From a virus, in the IMG/VR virus record IMGVR_UViG_3300028549_000507, positions 108,040 to 172,039 of that record: 64,000 nt of DNA, one strand, 5' to 3'. Both the position numbers and the translations under genes were made by a program. Under the pieces are notes generated by a model. It did not search any database and was not told where the DNA came from. It saw nothing but the letters and a program-made list of their open reading frames with translations. Of the stretch, positions 40,801 to 50,500 are shown one piece after another (position 1 is the stretch's first letter; every line of letters begins with the position of its first letter).

Positions 40801-41378
40801 TTGGAGAAGAGTATCCTAGCGTAGCTATTGAACCTCTTAATCATATTCCGATCTTATCAGTTATTGTTGCTGAAAATCGGTTGAGAAACTTGAAGATGAT
40901 GTACAATGTAAACGGATATGATGAACACTATGTGAGAATTGCTCAAGCACATAGAGCATTAGAATATGAGCTAAAGAATAACAAAGGTATCACTTCTAAA
41001 CAAAGAAGTGAAATCGAAGAGCATATGAAAATAATAAAATCCGACTACGATGAATATCGTAAACTCGAGATGGAAAACTTTAGAGGCAAAGGAAGTCTTT
41101 CTAAACGACTAATGGACAAATTCCGGTCAGGGGATATTACATCGGTTGCAGATGAAAGTGGGATTGTCGATCAAGTTTTGGAAGTAATCAAAAACTATGA
41201 GGAGAATGGTAACAAAGTTGTCGGACCTAAAATTGTAGAAGATTTTAAATCGGTGAACGGTTTATCTAAATTTAAGGAAAGAATGACATCAATGTTGTCT
41301 AAAAATATCTCAGAGTTGAATGATAAATTCAAAATAAAGTTACCATTCTCAAAGAATGAATCGGATTTATTACTATAA
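37824..41378 (+). CDS. tandem-duplicated zinc metallopeptidase-like protein (two HEIGH units)
   Basis: Both halves carry YFG..HPFSQ, HCN.E, NAYT.P, DEDVCS.IFHEIGHNFQ, YEQFAD.FA..YGF and GYD...R. Confidence 0.8.
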   Translation: MSHKISQEVYFGEKHPFSQGMLIAVRDLRNAVVSSIGAEWSETDKRSNIKTANDMCNNIDGFAKVKECLLAMELLIAKHCNVERVYVGLSSDFNAYTYPPLYYDDAILDEAFPRSKMVTKSPEELDKFYNDIDSIILDRANGYRFKSSKNKVMIINIGLNLLLPTQYSKFNFRQVNMTDEDVCSIIFHEIGHNFQHILGGCKRMIANYDMRMAIALSDVLGMLFFPGWSFLTYAIINIFLSDTIGVIKGGDKGAARDHITKILKAHLNTTVNGEKVNRDVLGKAITKDILGVIQRYNSEQKPIPQFIGAVVGLLIRGLIMWWTTTMIMGKKLLIPFIVTDTLVNGIIADLIGTSKYVDKYKQYEQFADAFALAYGFPFPKNFTKAILNLRAGGDVTSDYLPIFKWVPILGDLSMVTSDAYNERMINIGGYDTDIDRFQNSHRLLLKELEKNNIPKELRDEILVKIEKLEKENDQLMKDNENSKGLIFTNFIYKLISRNHTNNIDKVGERTDIDRLFDQVEGYANTNDINSAINTNDGIKQYTTISKLIAGSFNKLGDFMKKLPKFKDLEFVNKFDLQPVGGTSFENELTSMMGIESDNASFGERIVKSLESGDSNPSYSEEAYFGSTHPFSQQMINHVKNLREELRKLLGASWKDVNKRNLIIRKTLEPKDNITDLQKILENMGKCIAFHCNIENAHIGLFPELNAYTIPLSWDSSILFKDMSKGVYKKAGMYYINERELRTNSDIESQLIKLDDIVLNKDGWKFRNKDGKVFIISLGIPLLLDDNFETSDEDVCSVIFHEIGHNFQQILHGTNQMFIDYYIRSCIQFLYSGPFISILMYFDNLIVGEILKSVVDGSGKSSNIRYDIIREMLMGNITVNRDGTITTRDDIGNEMKDYLYKVIKYAREHGAFEKLHAIFKVGRFIFTNISRVIEIGMAPLTGIANTLYRNGFNSKYETLIKDNKKYEQFADMFAVSYGFGSSSAKLYLNTSKFIGEEYPSVAIEPLNHIPILSVIVAENRLRNLKMMYNVNGYDEHYVRIAQAHRALEYELKNNKGITSKQRSEIEEHMKIIKSDYDEYRKLEMENFRGKGSLSKRLMDKFRSGDITSVADESGIVDQVLEVIKNYEENGNKVVGPKIVEDFKSVNGLSKFKERMTSMLSKNISELNDKFKIKLPFSKNESDLLL

Positions 41379-41393
41379 GATTTTATTATTTTA

Positions 41394-41421
41394 AATAAGA
41401 GGGGATTACTCCCCTCTTATT
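41394..41421. terminator. bidirectional terminator
   Basis: AATAAGAGGGGA-TTAC-TCCCCTCTTATT between convergent genes. Confidence 0.8.
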
Positions 41422-41424
41422 AAT

Positions 41425-43914
41425 TTATACTATTGGAGCTTCTTCAACAACTCTACCATACAATATTACATCAGTATCTCGTTTACCAGAAGATCCTCTA
41501 GTACCTTGAAGAGGACTAGTTATCTTCTTAAAATTCTTAAAGTCTGCACATATAGGGTTAACTATAATAGAATCAACCTTAAATGTACTAGAATTACTAC
41601 CATTAGAAAATATCTTCATAGAAATATTTTTACCATAATCTTCATATACACCACTATTTATAGCAGATCTATTGATAGAATGAGTTCCTTCTGTTTTAAA
41701 TTCCGAAGGCCCATCTACATTATCAGTGTTGAAAGTTAAACCACTTCCACCCTTTAAAGTAAATGTATTATCCATTCTTGGTATATTTTTAAGAGTCATA
41801 GTTGTAATCCTATCACACATCATAACTGTATCACTGGCGCTGAATTTACCGGATATATCATGGATATCAAGTATACCAGATGCTATATTATTATATCTAA
41901 AGATCGCTTGTGATATACTATGGATTGTTAAACTCTTACCAAATACAGTACCATTTATAAACTCGGCTACAGTATTCTTCGATGTTTTAGAACTAATCTC
42001 CATAGAACCAGTATCAAATGAAGAATCTTCAAACATAAATTTAGAATCATCTAACATATCACAAACGAATGACTCACTAACAACTTCAGTATCTTTCATT
42101 TTAACACTTGTACTACAGATAACCGTAAGACTATCGGAACACTTTATAGACGATTTAGCAGTACTAACTTCCCCTGCATCTAATATCAATTTCTTAGATG
42201 TAATTTTGGAATCAGCACTAATATCTATAATGTTTGGACGTTTTGCCATAGTTTTATATAATGTATCTATATCAATAGTTGATCCAGATATATTAAAAGT
42301 TCCAAGATCCCCACCAGAATTGACCAATGTACCACATTTAATATTACAATCGGAAAGCTCAACCTCAGCCAGATCATTGAGATCTAATATGTTGAGGAAT
42401 GTACCATTTCCAGTATAATTAAACTTCTTAAAAGTTAGATCGCTGAATTTCGTAACCATTACAAATTTAGGATTATCAGAAGTAACAGATCCTTCAGTTA
42501 AAGTAACTGTTTTACACAGGTCAATCTTTAAAGGTATTCCTTTAACACCTGCGGATGAACTAAATTTAGTAATATCAACTTCCTCAAATCCTGCAAGTGA
42601 GAATTTTGCTCCATCATCTTTACCATTATAGTTCAATGTCACATCACTAAGATCAATCTTTGATAGATTTTCTATAGCACTAGATATCATGACTTTGAAA
42701 TCGGAATCAATATACATTCTATCAACTTTAAGATCTTCACCTTTAACATCTATAGATAGAGTTCCATTATCTATGCTAGATTTGAATCTAGTATTCTCAA
42801 TGGAGAACTTACCCGTAACGGTTATCTTATTATTCGCAACTTTTACACTACAATCTTTAAAGAGTAACTCATCAAAATTAGATACAGGAGGAAGGTTTAT
42901 CATCATGAATCTATTTTTTATATGTACTTTCTTAAATCGTTTTATAAATTTCTCAAATATTGGAAGAGATACTTCACAATCTAATATATCGATCTTATTG
43001 TCAGGTTTATCTATATGATTTTCAATTATAACTTTTTCAAATTTATAATCTTTTAATCTAATATCCTTAGTAAGTATCTTTAAACCGGCTTCCATACACC
43101 CAACCATAGGTAAAATATACCGTATAAATGGAGTTTTCTCAGCGTATACTTCTGATAAGAAGTTTTTAGTATAATGATTATTAGGGAGTTCGTAATCATA
43201 ATCTTTATCTAATACGACTTTATCATTAACAAAGTATCCATCGGAAAATGATAAGAAAGTTATAACTCCACCAGTAGTAGGATCTGTATCCGGTATATTA
43301 TACTCAATTCTAGTTATAGTTGGTGGAATTGTACTTGAATCAGTTGTAACCTGTTCAGTCTTTTTGCTAGTCTGAAATTCCATACGAGTATCCATATGGC
43401 TCTCTCGCAATTTATAATCTTTACTTATAGTAATTCTATCCAAAGCTACAGGTGTTGATTTATATAATAATTTTGGATTACCAATTTTTCTAAAACTTTG
43501 TACCTTTTTAGCAATTAGAGTATAAGTTCTATCTTTCTTTCCTTCTTTATACAATGACATAGAAGGAACGCTCGGTATACTATCATCGACTCTACCACCG
43601 ATTCCATCATTATATTCATCATTCGAATTATACGTTGTGGAGTTATCTACAGCAATATTAGTATATACTGAGTTTGGTGGTTTTGAATATATATCATCCG
43701 ACGTTTTACCAAAGAATCGTCTACCACCAGGACCAGTCCCTATCTCCCTAGGAATCTCTTCAGTTTTAACTATAAGAGTCTTTGTTTCTTTTCTCTTATC
43801 AAAGTCGAGGATAGTACCTTCGGCATCTGCAAGATGGATGGCGAAGCATATAAATTTCTCTACTTTAAATTGTTGAGAATCGAAGTTGTTAAGTTCAACT
43901 ACTTCTTCTGCCAT
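41425..43914 (-). CDS. putative beta-helix virion protein (spike/baseplate-like)
   Basis: 829 aa; C-terminal two thirds are short alternating beta repeats; in a late unit. Confidence 0.55.
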   Translation of the reverse strand: MAEEVVELNNFDSQQFKVEKFICFAIHLADAEGTILDFDKRKETKTLIVKTEEIPREIGTGPGGRRFFGKTSDDIYSKPPNSVYTNIAVDNSTTYNSNDEYNDGIGGRVDDSIPSVPSMSLYKEGKKDRTYTLIAKKVQSFRKIGNPKLLYKSTPVALDRITISKDYKLRESHMDTRMEFQTSKKTEQVTTDSSTIPPTITRIEYNIPDTDPTTGGVITFLSFSDGYFVNDKVVLDKDYDYELPNNHYTKNFLSEVYAEKTPFIRYILPMVGCMEAGLKILTKDIRLKDYKFEKVIIENHIDKPDNKIDILDCEVSLPIFEKFIKRFKKVHIKNRFMMINLPPVSNFDELLFKDCSVKVANNKITVTGKFSIENTRFKSSIDNGTLSIDVKGEDLKVDRMYIDSDFKVMISSAIENLSKIDLSDVTLNYNGKDDGAKFSLAGFEEVDITKFSSSAGVKGIPLKIDLCKTVTLTEGSVTSDNPKFVMVTKFSDLTFKKFNYTGNGTFLNILDLNDLAEVELSDCNIKCGTLVNSGGDLGTFNISGSTIDIDTLYKTMAKRPNIIDISADSKITSKKLILDAGEVSTAKSSIKCSDSLTVICSTSVKMKDTEVVSESFVCDMLDDSKFMFEDSSFDTGSMEISSKTSKNTVAEFINGTVFGKSLTIHSISQAIFRYNNIASGILDIHDISGKFSASDTVMMCDRITTMTLKNIPRMDNTFTLKGGSGLTFNTDNVDGPSEFKTEGTHSINRSAINSGVYEDYGKNISMKIFSNGSNSSTFKVDSIIVNPICADFKNFKKITSPLQGTRGSSGKRDTDVILYGRVVEEAPIV

Positions 43915-43915
43915 T

Positions 43916-44599
43916 TTAACCTACATAAGCTTTAATTTCTAACCCTCTGTTATCAATAGGAACACCATTCTCAACACGATTGAATCGCATTTGTTCAGGT
44001 ATTCTTTCAACATTGTACCCTTCGATTTTATTACCACTAGAATCTAATGCAACCATAGTTGAATTAGAATCATCATATCTATAGTTTACTCCACCAAAAT
44101 CATATTTCATATTAGTTTCATTACTATTAACCTTCAAGTTCCCAGTAGTCATCTCAGACTTCAATCGATTTTTAAGTTCTTCCGAACCATCAGATACAAT
44201 AGTACCTCTAACATCATTTGCTCTATTAACTTTTCTATCCTCAAAAGATTGTTTCTGAATAGTCTCTGTAAGTTGGCGCATAAGCATTGCAGTAGAGTTA
44301 ACATCTTCATCACCCTTATCAATACGCTCTTTCTTAAGTTTCAATTCTTCAACTTTCATACGAGCATTAAACGCATGACTTGTAGCCATAATCGCATCCC
44401 CACGGATACTACTCATAGATTTCGCAGCTTCAGAAATATCCCGCAATCCGCCTGATATAGTGATACTCTGTTTAGCTTTGGATATAACTACATCAACGAT
44501 ACTTTTTACATTATCATATAACTCTTGAGCCTGTCTATCGTGCTCTTTAAAGCGTCTAATACCTTCTTCAAAATCGTCAAAAGCTTCTTCATTAGTCAT
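43916..44599 (-). CDS. coiled-coil hypothetical protein
   Basis: 227 aa; AAGGA SD; late promoter at 44629-44640. Confidence 0.7.
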   Translation of the reverse strand: MTNEEAFDDFEEGIRRFKEHDRQAQELYDNVKSIVDVVISKAKQSITISGGLRDISEAAKSMSSIRGDAIMATSHAFNARMKVEELKLKKERIDKGDEDVNSTAMLMRQLTETIQKQSFEDRKVNRANDVRGTIVSDGSEELKNRLKSEMTTGNLKVNSNETNMKYDFGGVNYRYDDSNSTMVALDSSGNKIEGYNVERIPEQMRFNRVENGVPIDNRGLEIKAYVG

Positions 44600-44628
44600 A
44601 TTTATTTCCTTATTGATTGTTTATATAC

Positions 44629-44640
44629 CAATGAAATGTT
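44629..44640 (-). promoter_or_regulatory. late-type promoter AACA-N6-TG
   Basis: Minus strand AACA-TTTCAT-TG. Confidence 0.7.
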
Positions 44641-44658
44641 TCCATCAAACTTAAATAT

Positions 44659-44687
44659 AAAAAAAAAAGAGGGATTGCTCCCTCTTT
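44659..44687 (-). terminator. intrinsic terminator with GCAA loop
   Basis: Minus strand AAAGAGGGA-GCAA-TCCCTCTTT with long T-tract, abutting the stop of the beta gene. Confidence 0.85.
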
Positions 44688-46205
44688 CTAATCATCTAAC
44701 GATATGATCTTATTGAAACCAAGTGTATCTGGATCAATGTCACAGTTCGGTAGAATATTAAGAGTTACGCCAGGGCTATTTACGGAAGTACTGATTAGAT
44801 CAGTTCTACCTGTCATAGAGTGGTGTAATCTTTTAAATTCTCTTGGAAGGAAACTCGATTTCCCACTACCTGGAGCTCCGGGTCCAATCTGAGTAGTCTT
44901 GGTTATAGCATGCATTAGACTCAAGTCATTCACATTACTTGTAAACTTACCAATATTTAATCCAGATGTTTTACCATTGATGGCATCCAATATAATGGAA
45001 GGACTAGGTCTAAACACATTCTCTAAAGCTTTGATATCTTTGTAACTACCACGAATCTTAGTAAAACGATTAGCTTTATTTTTCAATTCACTCTTGAGAG
45101 GTTCGATAATATACTCGGATAATCTAAGTCGTTTGTTTACAAGAGATACATCTTTGGATACGTTAGTTGAATAATTGAAAAACATCCAACGAACTACGTC
45201 ATATGTACTATTGATATTTTCTTTACCAATAAACGATTTAATAATGTCACTAGTTCTAGGATCTAGCGCACTCATAAATGTAAAACGTATGCCAGCACCT
45301 TTAGTTAAACAATTAGTTTTATCCAACATAAATCCGAGATTATAAATCCAAAAGTTTACGTCAGAAATATTTGTTTCATTAATAGTACGTTTATCCATAA
45401 GGAGTATTGTAGCAACAAGATCTCGAGTATGAACACTATTTTCAAAAATATATTTTCTAACAAGGATATACAGAGATCCAAATTTGAAGAATAGATAATC
45501 ATTGTATATAACATCATCCGGTTCCGGTAATTCTGTAATCACTCTGAGATATAATCCGAAGTATTTCATTGTGGTATGAAATCCAAAGGTTGCAAAATAG
45601 AATAATAGGAATGGTACATTCTTTAATTTAGAGTGAAGTTTTATAACGAATGAATTCACATTATAAACAACTCCCTTTACATCGCGAATAGTACTCTTGT
45701 ATCGTTGCATTTGAATAGGCTGGGTTGCAGTTCTGAGGATAACCTCATCATACTTACCCTTCGGATCAGTTCTATTAAATGTAACAGCGTCAACCATTTG
45801 GAATGGCACACAATATTTATTACCCTTAATAAGATAATTTACACCGTCATCGGAAATCAATGGAATGTATATAAGCATATCTACTTTACTTATAGATCCA
45901 TCATAACTTAGTTTAAATTTAAACTTATAAGCTCTAGAATAAGTTTCTTCAGTGGAATAAATTTGACCATTGAATGATTTCTTAAATTTAGATTTAGCCT
46001 TATTCATTTCTCTAATTTGATTGAGATTATCGCTTGGTTCAAAGCCATCATATACGACATGATCTCTAAGTTTCTTAGCAATTTCCTTACACAAATCGTC
46101 AACAAATTCGACCATATTGATATCCATATTTCGTCTAGCATTAACTAGATTCATATTAACCAACCGTTCTATGGTGTCGGAATAATATGCAACAAAATCG
46201 ACCAT
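44688..46205 (-). CDS. rpoB: RNA polymerase beta subunit N-terminal half, probably non-virion RNAP
   Basis: IPLISDDGVNYLIKGNKY, SLVNKRLRLSEY, TQIGPG, KRLHHSMTGRTDLISTSVNSPG match beta motifs iPlmt..g.fiinG, hl.nrRlr, s.lGPgg and rdvH.ShyGRiC..eTp...n.G. Confidence 0.85.
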   Translation of the reverse strand: MVDFVAYYSDTIERLVNMNLVNARRNMDINMVEFVDDLCKEIAKKLRDHVVYDGFEPSDNLNQIREMNKAKSKFKKSFNGQIYSTEETYSRAYKFKFKLSYDGSISKVDMLIYIPLISDDGVNYLIKGNKYCVPFQMVDAVTFNRTDPKGKYDEVILRTATQPIQMQRYKSTIRDVKGVVYNVNSFVIKLHSKLKNVPFLLFYFATFGFHTTMKYFGLYLRVITELPEPDDVIYNDYLFFKFGSLYILVRKYIFENSVHTRDLVATILLMDKRTINETNISDVNFWIYNLGFMLDKTNCLTKGAGIRFTFMSALDPRTSDIIKSFIGKENINSTYDVVRWMFFNYSTNVSKDVSLVNKRLRLSEYIIEPLKSELKNKANRFTKIRGSYKDIKALENVFRPSPSIILDAINGKTSGLNIGKFTSNVNDLSLMHAITKTTQIGPGAPGSGKSSFLPREFKRLHHSMTGRTDLISTSVNSPGVTLNILPNCDIDPDTLGFNKIISLDD

Positions 46206-46243
46206 CTGAAACTCCCTTATTTACAGACATTACTACTCTTGCT

Positions 46244-46290
46244 ATTATATATATTTGAAAAATAAATTTGAAAATATACATTAACTTGTT
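46244..46290 (-). promoter_or_regulatory. tandem late-type and early-type promoters of the beta N-half gene
   Basis: AACA-AGTTAA-TG at 46279-46290 and TTTCAAATATATATAAT at 46244-46260. Confidence 0.65.
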
Positions 46291-46304
46291 TCATGTTAAA
46301 TAAA

Positions 46305-46337
46305 ATATAATGGTAGGAATTACTCCTACCATTATAT
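46305..46337 (-). terminator. terminator hairpin
   Basis: ATATAATGGTAGGA/TCCTACCATTATAT inverted repeat. Confidence 0.75.
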
Positions 46338-46345
46338 AAATATAA

Positions 46346-47566
46346 TTAACCACCGGCAGTAATATCACTTATCAATTTACTCTTAAGTTGAGCATAAGTT
46401 ATAGCTCCTCTATCATTTCCATTCTTACAATAAATTATAGTATTATCATTTATAGTTAAAGAATTTCCATTTCCAAGAATTTTATCTCTAACGGTAATAA
46501 ATGATACATTTTTAATATCTGTAGCATTTGAACCTTCTCCACTACCGGTTGAGTAGAACAATATGCTATCGCCATCATTAATATTGTTTTCCGAATTAGA
46601 AGAATTTATAGAGTATTTCTCATCGACCTTCTCCATAATATTTGCAGAAATCAATGACATAGTCACAGTTCCTTCTTCACAATAGAAATTAGCAGAATCA
46701 AGTTCTATGGCCTGCAATACTGTTGTATTCAATATTGATGATTTAAGATCTGGTCCATGGATAGCACCGTATTTTCCAGGAAGAGCACTAGATTTAAATA
46801 GGATAAAATCATCTGCGGGATTAAATTTATCAACACCGAGAGTAAACTCTGGAATGGTAATGCTCTCCAATACGAAATCGGCAATATCACCAATAGTAGC
46901 CCAACCATCTCCAAGACTATCCTTAGAATATATTGAAAGACTATCAGTAACTCTATTAGATTCTATACCAATATTTGATACAATACTCTCAGACAGTTTT
47001 GCAAAAGAAACCTTACCAGCAGAAGAGTTTCCTCTAGTAATAGTAATATTATCTATCAGTTCCAGCTCTTCATATACTTGATTTCCAAACAGCGAACTTC
47101 TAAATACACTATAATCGATCTTAGAATTTTCACCCGCAACAATGAGTCTAACAGAAGTTTCATCAAGATTATCAAGAGATAATACTTCAGCATCACCTTT
47201 GATTATAAACTTAGATATATTTTCTAAGGTTACAAATCCTCTAGCAGTACCTTTAATAGCTCTGATTTTTATCTCTTTAACAACGTCCGTAAAGTCAGTC
47301 TTTCCAAGCAAATATTCATCAATTGCTGCAACGGTAAATTGTTTGTTAAAACTAGCGTTAGAATTTCTCATAGAAAATACGAGATCAGGTTTTATTTCCT
47401 GAGTAGTACCCATATCTGTTCCGAGAATTTTATTCATTAAAGTGCCAAATTTTAAACGTCTATCACCATTTAAACCGCCAGCAATAGGTTCTATAGCATA
47501 AAATAATACATCAGAATTCAACTTATCAAGTTGCATTTCTGTAAAATTTACAACATCATTACTCAT
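46346..47566 (-). CDS. tail fibre-like protein with roughly 35-aa internal repeats
   Basis: 406 aa; recurring units such as DDFILFK..GAIHGPDLKSSI, DSILFYS..NVSFITVRDKI, NTIIYCK..GAITYAQLKSKL. Confidence 0.55.
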   Translation of the reverse strand: MSNDVVNFTEMQLDKLNSDVLFYAIEPIAGGLNGDRRLKFGTLMNKILGTDMGTTQEIKPDLVFSMRNSNASFNKQFTVAAIDEYLLGKTDFTDVVKEIKIRAIKGTARGFVTLENISKFIIKGDAEVLSLDNLDETSVRLIVAGENSKIDYSVFRSSLFGNQVYEELELIDNITITRGNSSAGKVSFAKLSESIVSNIGIESNRVTDSLSIYSKDSLGDGWATIGDIADFVLESITIPEFTLGVDKFNPADDFILFKSSALPGKYGAIHGPDLKSSILNTTVLQAIELDSANFYCEEGTVTMSLISANIMEKVDEKYSINSSNSENNINDGDSILFYSTGSGEGSNATDIKNVSFITVRDKILGNGNSLTINDNTIIYCKNGNDRGAITYAQLKSKLISDITAGG

Positions 47567-47577
47567 ATCATTTCTCC

Positions 47578-50500
47578 TTAATATACCAATTTACCAGAAT
47601 CAACTATAGGAATTCCTTCACAACTAACAAGAGGTTCATTCTCAGCACCACATAAAGTTATAACCTCAGTAGATACTCTAGGAATTGCCTCTTTCTTAAT
47701 TCTTTCGAACTCATTAACAAATGAACCACCACGTTTAACGGTTAGTAATTTGAAACTAGTATTTTCAGAATATCCAACATCACCATAATCAATTCCAAAA
47801 TATTTTATTTTGTTAAGTCGACCAGCTATAAGTTTTGTGAAGTCTCTATTTATCTCATAAGATACAATATCTCCATCATAAGTTCCAACCAAAGCTTTAA
47901 GATTATCTTTATCAAAATCTCTAATAAAAGATAATATCTTACCATCGTCAGAATTCACAACACCCATAGCTTCGAATATAAACAAATCCAAATCTTTATC
48001 GTCAGAGAATGATATATTAGTCACAATTCCAAAGAACTTGTTAAATATACTAACACTATGCGTTTTTGAATGTACCAATTCACCATTAACTCCGCCATGA
48101 AATCTTAACAATTCAACTCCGGTAGAGTTCTTTAAAACCACATCATATCTTAAAGTATCCTTATTATATGATACGATAAGTGTTAAAAATTCAGTAGATC
48201 CTATCTCATAATTCCAACTAGGATTAATATCATAACTTTCACTAAAGTCTCCATTATTTATATCTGTTATCAAACTTAAATTTCCACTACTAGTTATTAG
48301 TGCATCTATTTTAAATCCATAGAACTCAATAAGTGTAGCCCTGAAATTTTTATGAATCATAGACATAGAAAATTCTAGTTTAAAAAATAATCTAGATGAT
48401 GTTAGATCCATATCTATAATTCTTTTCAAATACTTACCAGACGTTTCATAATTGATATGAGTAATAGGTAACTCATTGTACGAATTGTGATGTCGATTAT
48501 ATCCATTCAATACTATAGGATGATCTATAGCCATAGGAACTGTTTCAGTTATATCTCTCTCAATTATAGAATGAGTTATAGCTAATTTACAATTAAATGG
48601 TATCCCACTTGTAGCATCGAAAACCGATATTACATGTAGATTTGTAATAGTGTCACCGATATTGAGCGCATCATCAACAATACTACCAATATCTATAATC
48701 GCCGTTTTAGAATTTGTAAATTTATCATTATCAATTCCATAAAGAGAATAACTAGATAGATCCACTTTGACTTCTTGAACCCCTCCGGAATTCAGTGAAG
48801 TTTCAATATAAAGATATAAGCTTCTCAAGAAATGACCAAGATCTTCACCATTATCATGCGGTTCAATATTCAAAACTAAATATCTGCAAAAGTTTATCTT
48901 ATCATAATCCAGTTTCAATAAAGGTATACCCATATCAGTACCAATTGAATAAGAACTATTATCCATAGATATATTTGAAACGTAATTGAATATACCAACT
49001 TCACCATCAACAGGGAATACATTTACGCTGGTTGATTCTATGTTCTCGCCAGGTAGCACTAATCCGTTATAAGGAGTAACTCCGATCTTATCTCTAAAAA
49101 TAAGACCTCTCTCACCCTCAACACAACCCGGAGCACTTTTCATATATCTGTGTAGGTTATTTATTCCAAATCGTTTAGAATATGCAACCTTAAGAGTGTT
49201 ATGTATTCCTGAATTATTATGTATGGTTCCATCAAATATATTTAGAAACGAAATTCCACTAGATTCAATCATACCAACAAGAGGACCATAACTCTCACTA
49301 TAGAAATAGCAAATATTATCAGAAGGAGTTTTATGATTAATTCCTGACTCAAAGAATAGTATATCCTTATCAAGGGAAATCCCGCCAGCATCTACCATGA
49401 ATTGAACTTTATTATTCAAATAAATAAATTTGGAAACAGTATTAACTACTAAACCATTTACTTTATTAAAAATAACTCCAACTATAGAATTATGATTTTC
49501 GCAAACAAACCATTTATGAACCAGATGATATTGATCATCTCCGGGGGATGGTGTTCCAATATTTAATGCAAAAGGAATCTTAACAATATCTCTATTATTA
49601 GTGACATACTTTTGACATATATGAGGAATTCCATCAATTCTAGCATACTCTATCAAACAATCTTCTTTACCAAATCCTATAAAATTAGGATTACTAGCAT
49701 TAAATTGTGAATTTGTAATTCTATCAATATAATTATCAGTTCTATGCTGTATAAAGTCGTCATTTCTAGTTACGATGAATGACAATGTTGATCTATGACA
49801 CTTATCATTTTCAAAAACAACACTACCACCAAAGTCGGTTATAGAATTATCTCCAGATATACAACTTTCATTGATTATAACATTACTCTTTGAAACGGAT
49901 CTTGAAACATTTGTATTATACAGTAATGGACTTATATCCAATTTTGTATTTTTCAAAATATTAAGATCAAAATCAAGTGTATAAAAATTATCAAGATCAT
50001 TATTAATTACAAGTATCAAATTGTTATTATAAGCACTCAATTTTATATTAACAATATTCTTGTAGTCTGGTATAACTAATGTACGGATAGGGGCAACATC
50101 GTTATCACACTGTTTGATTAGTATAGTAAATTCACTTAATAAGCTCGCGGTAAATACTTTATTACCAAGTTTACAAAAGTCTCCAACAAAACCTTTTGCA
50201 TCTTTACTCTGACAGAGTATCGTTTTACGACTAGCATCATTATTTTGAATAGCATACATATTTGGAGTTTCAACACTCGAATAATTGGAACTTATTGTAA
50301 ATTCGAATAGACTTCCGGCATAATAAAATATAGTTATACCATTACTGTTAGTCATTATCGTTTTTATACCCATAGTTCCTACAAGACTAGGAACGTGACT
50401 ATTTCTCAACTCATAGTATGCACCAGTCGTCGAAATTAATGTTGGACTAATTGACACATAGTTGGCGCTAAGATTTAACTTGAGTCTTCTACACATTGTA

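Noticed and set aside
16248..46205. Group I introns or inteins in RNAP, RecA or polymerase genes
   Set aside because: Frames are continuous, sizes fit uninterrupted halves, and no intein or homing endonuclease motifs were seen inside them.
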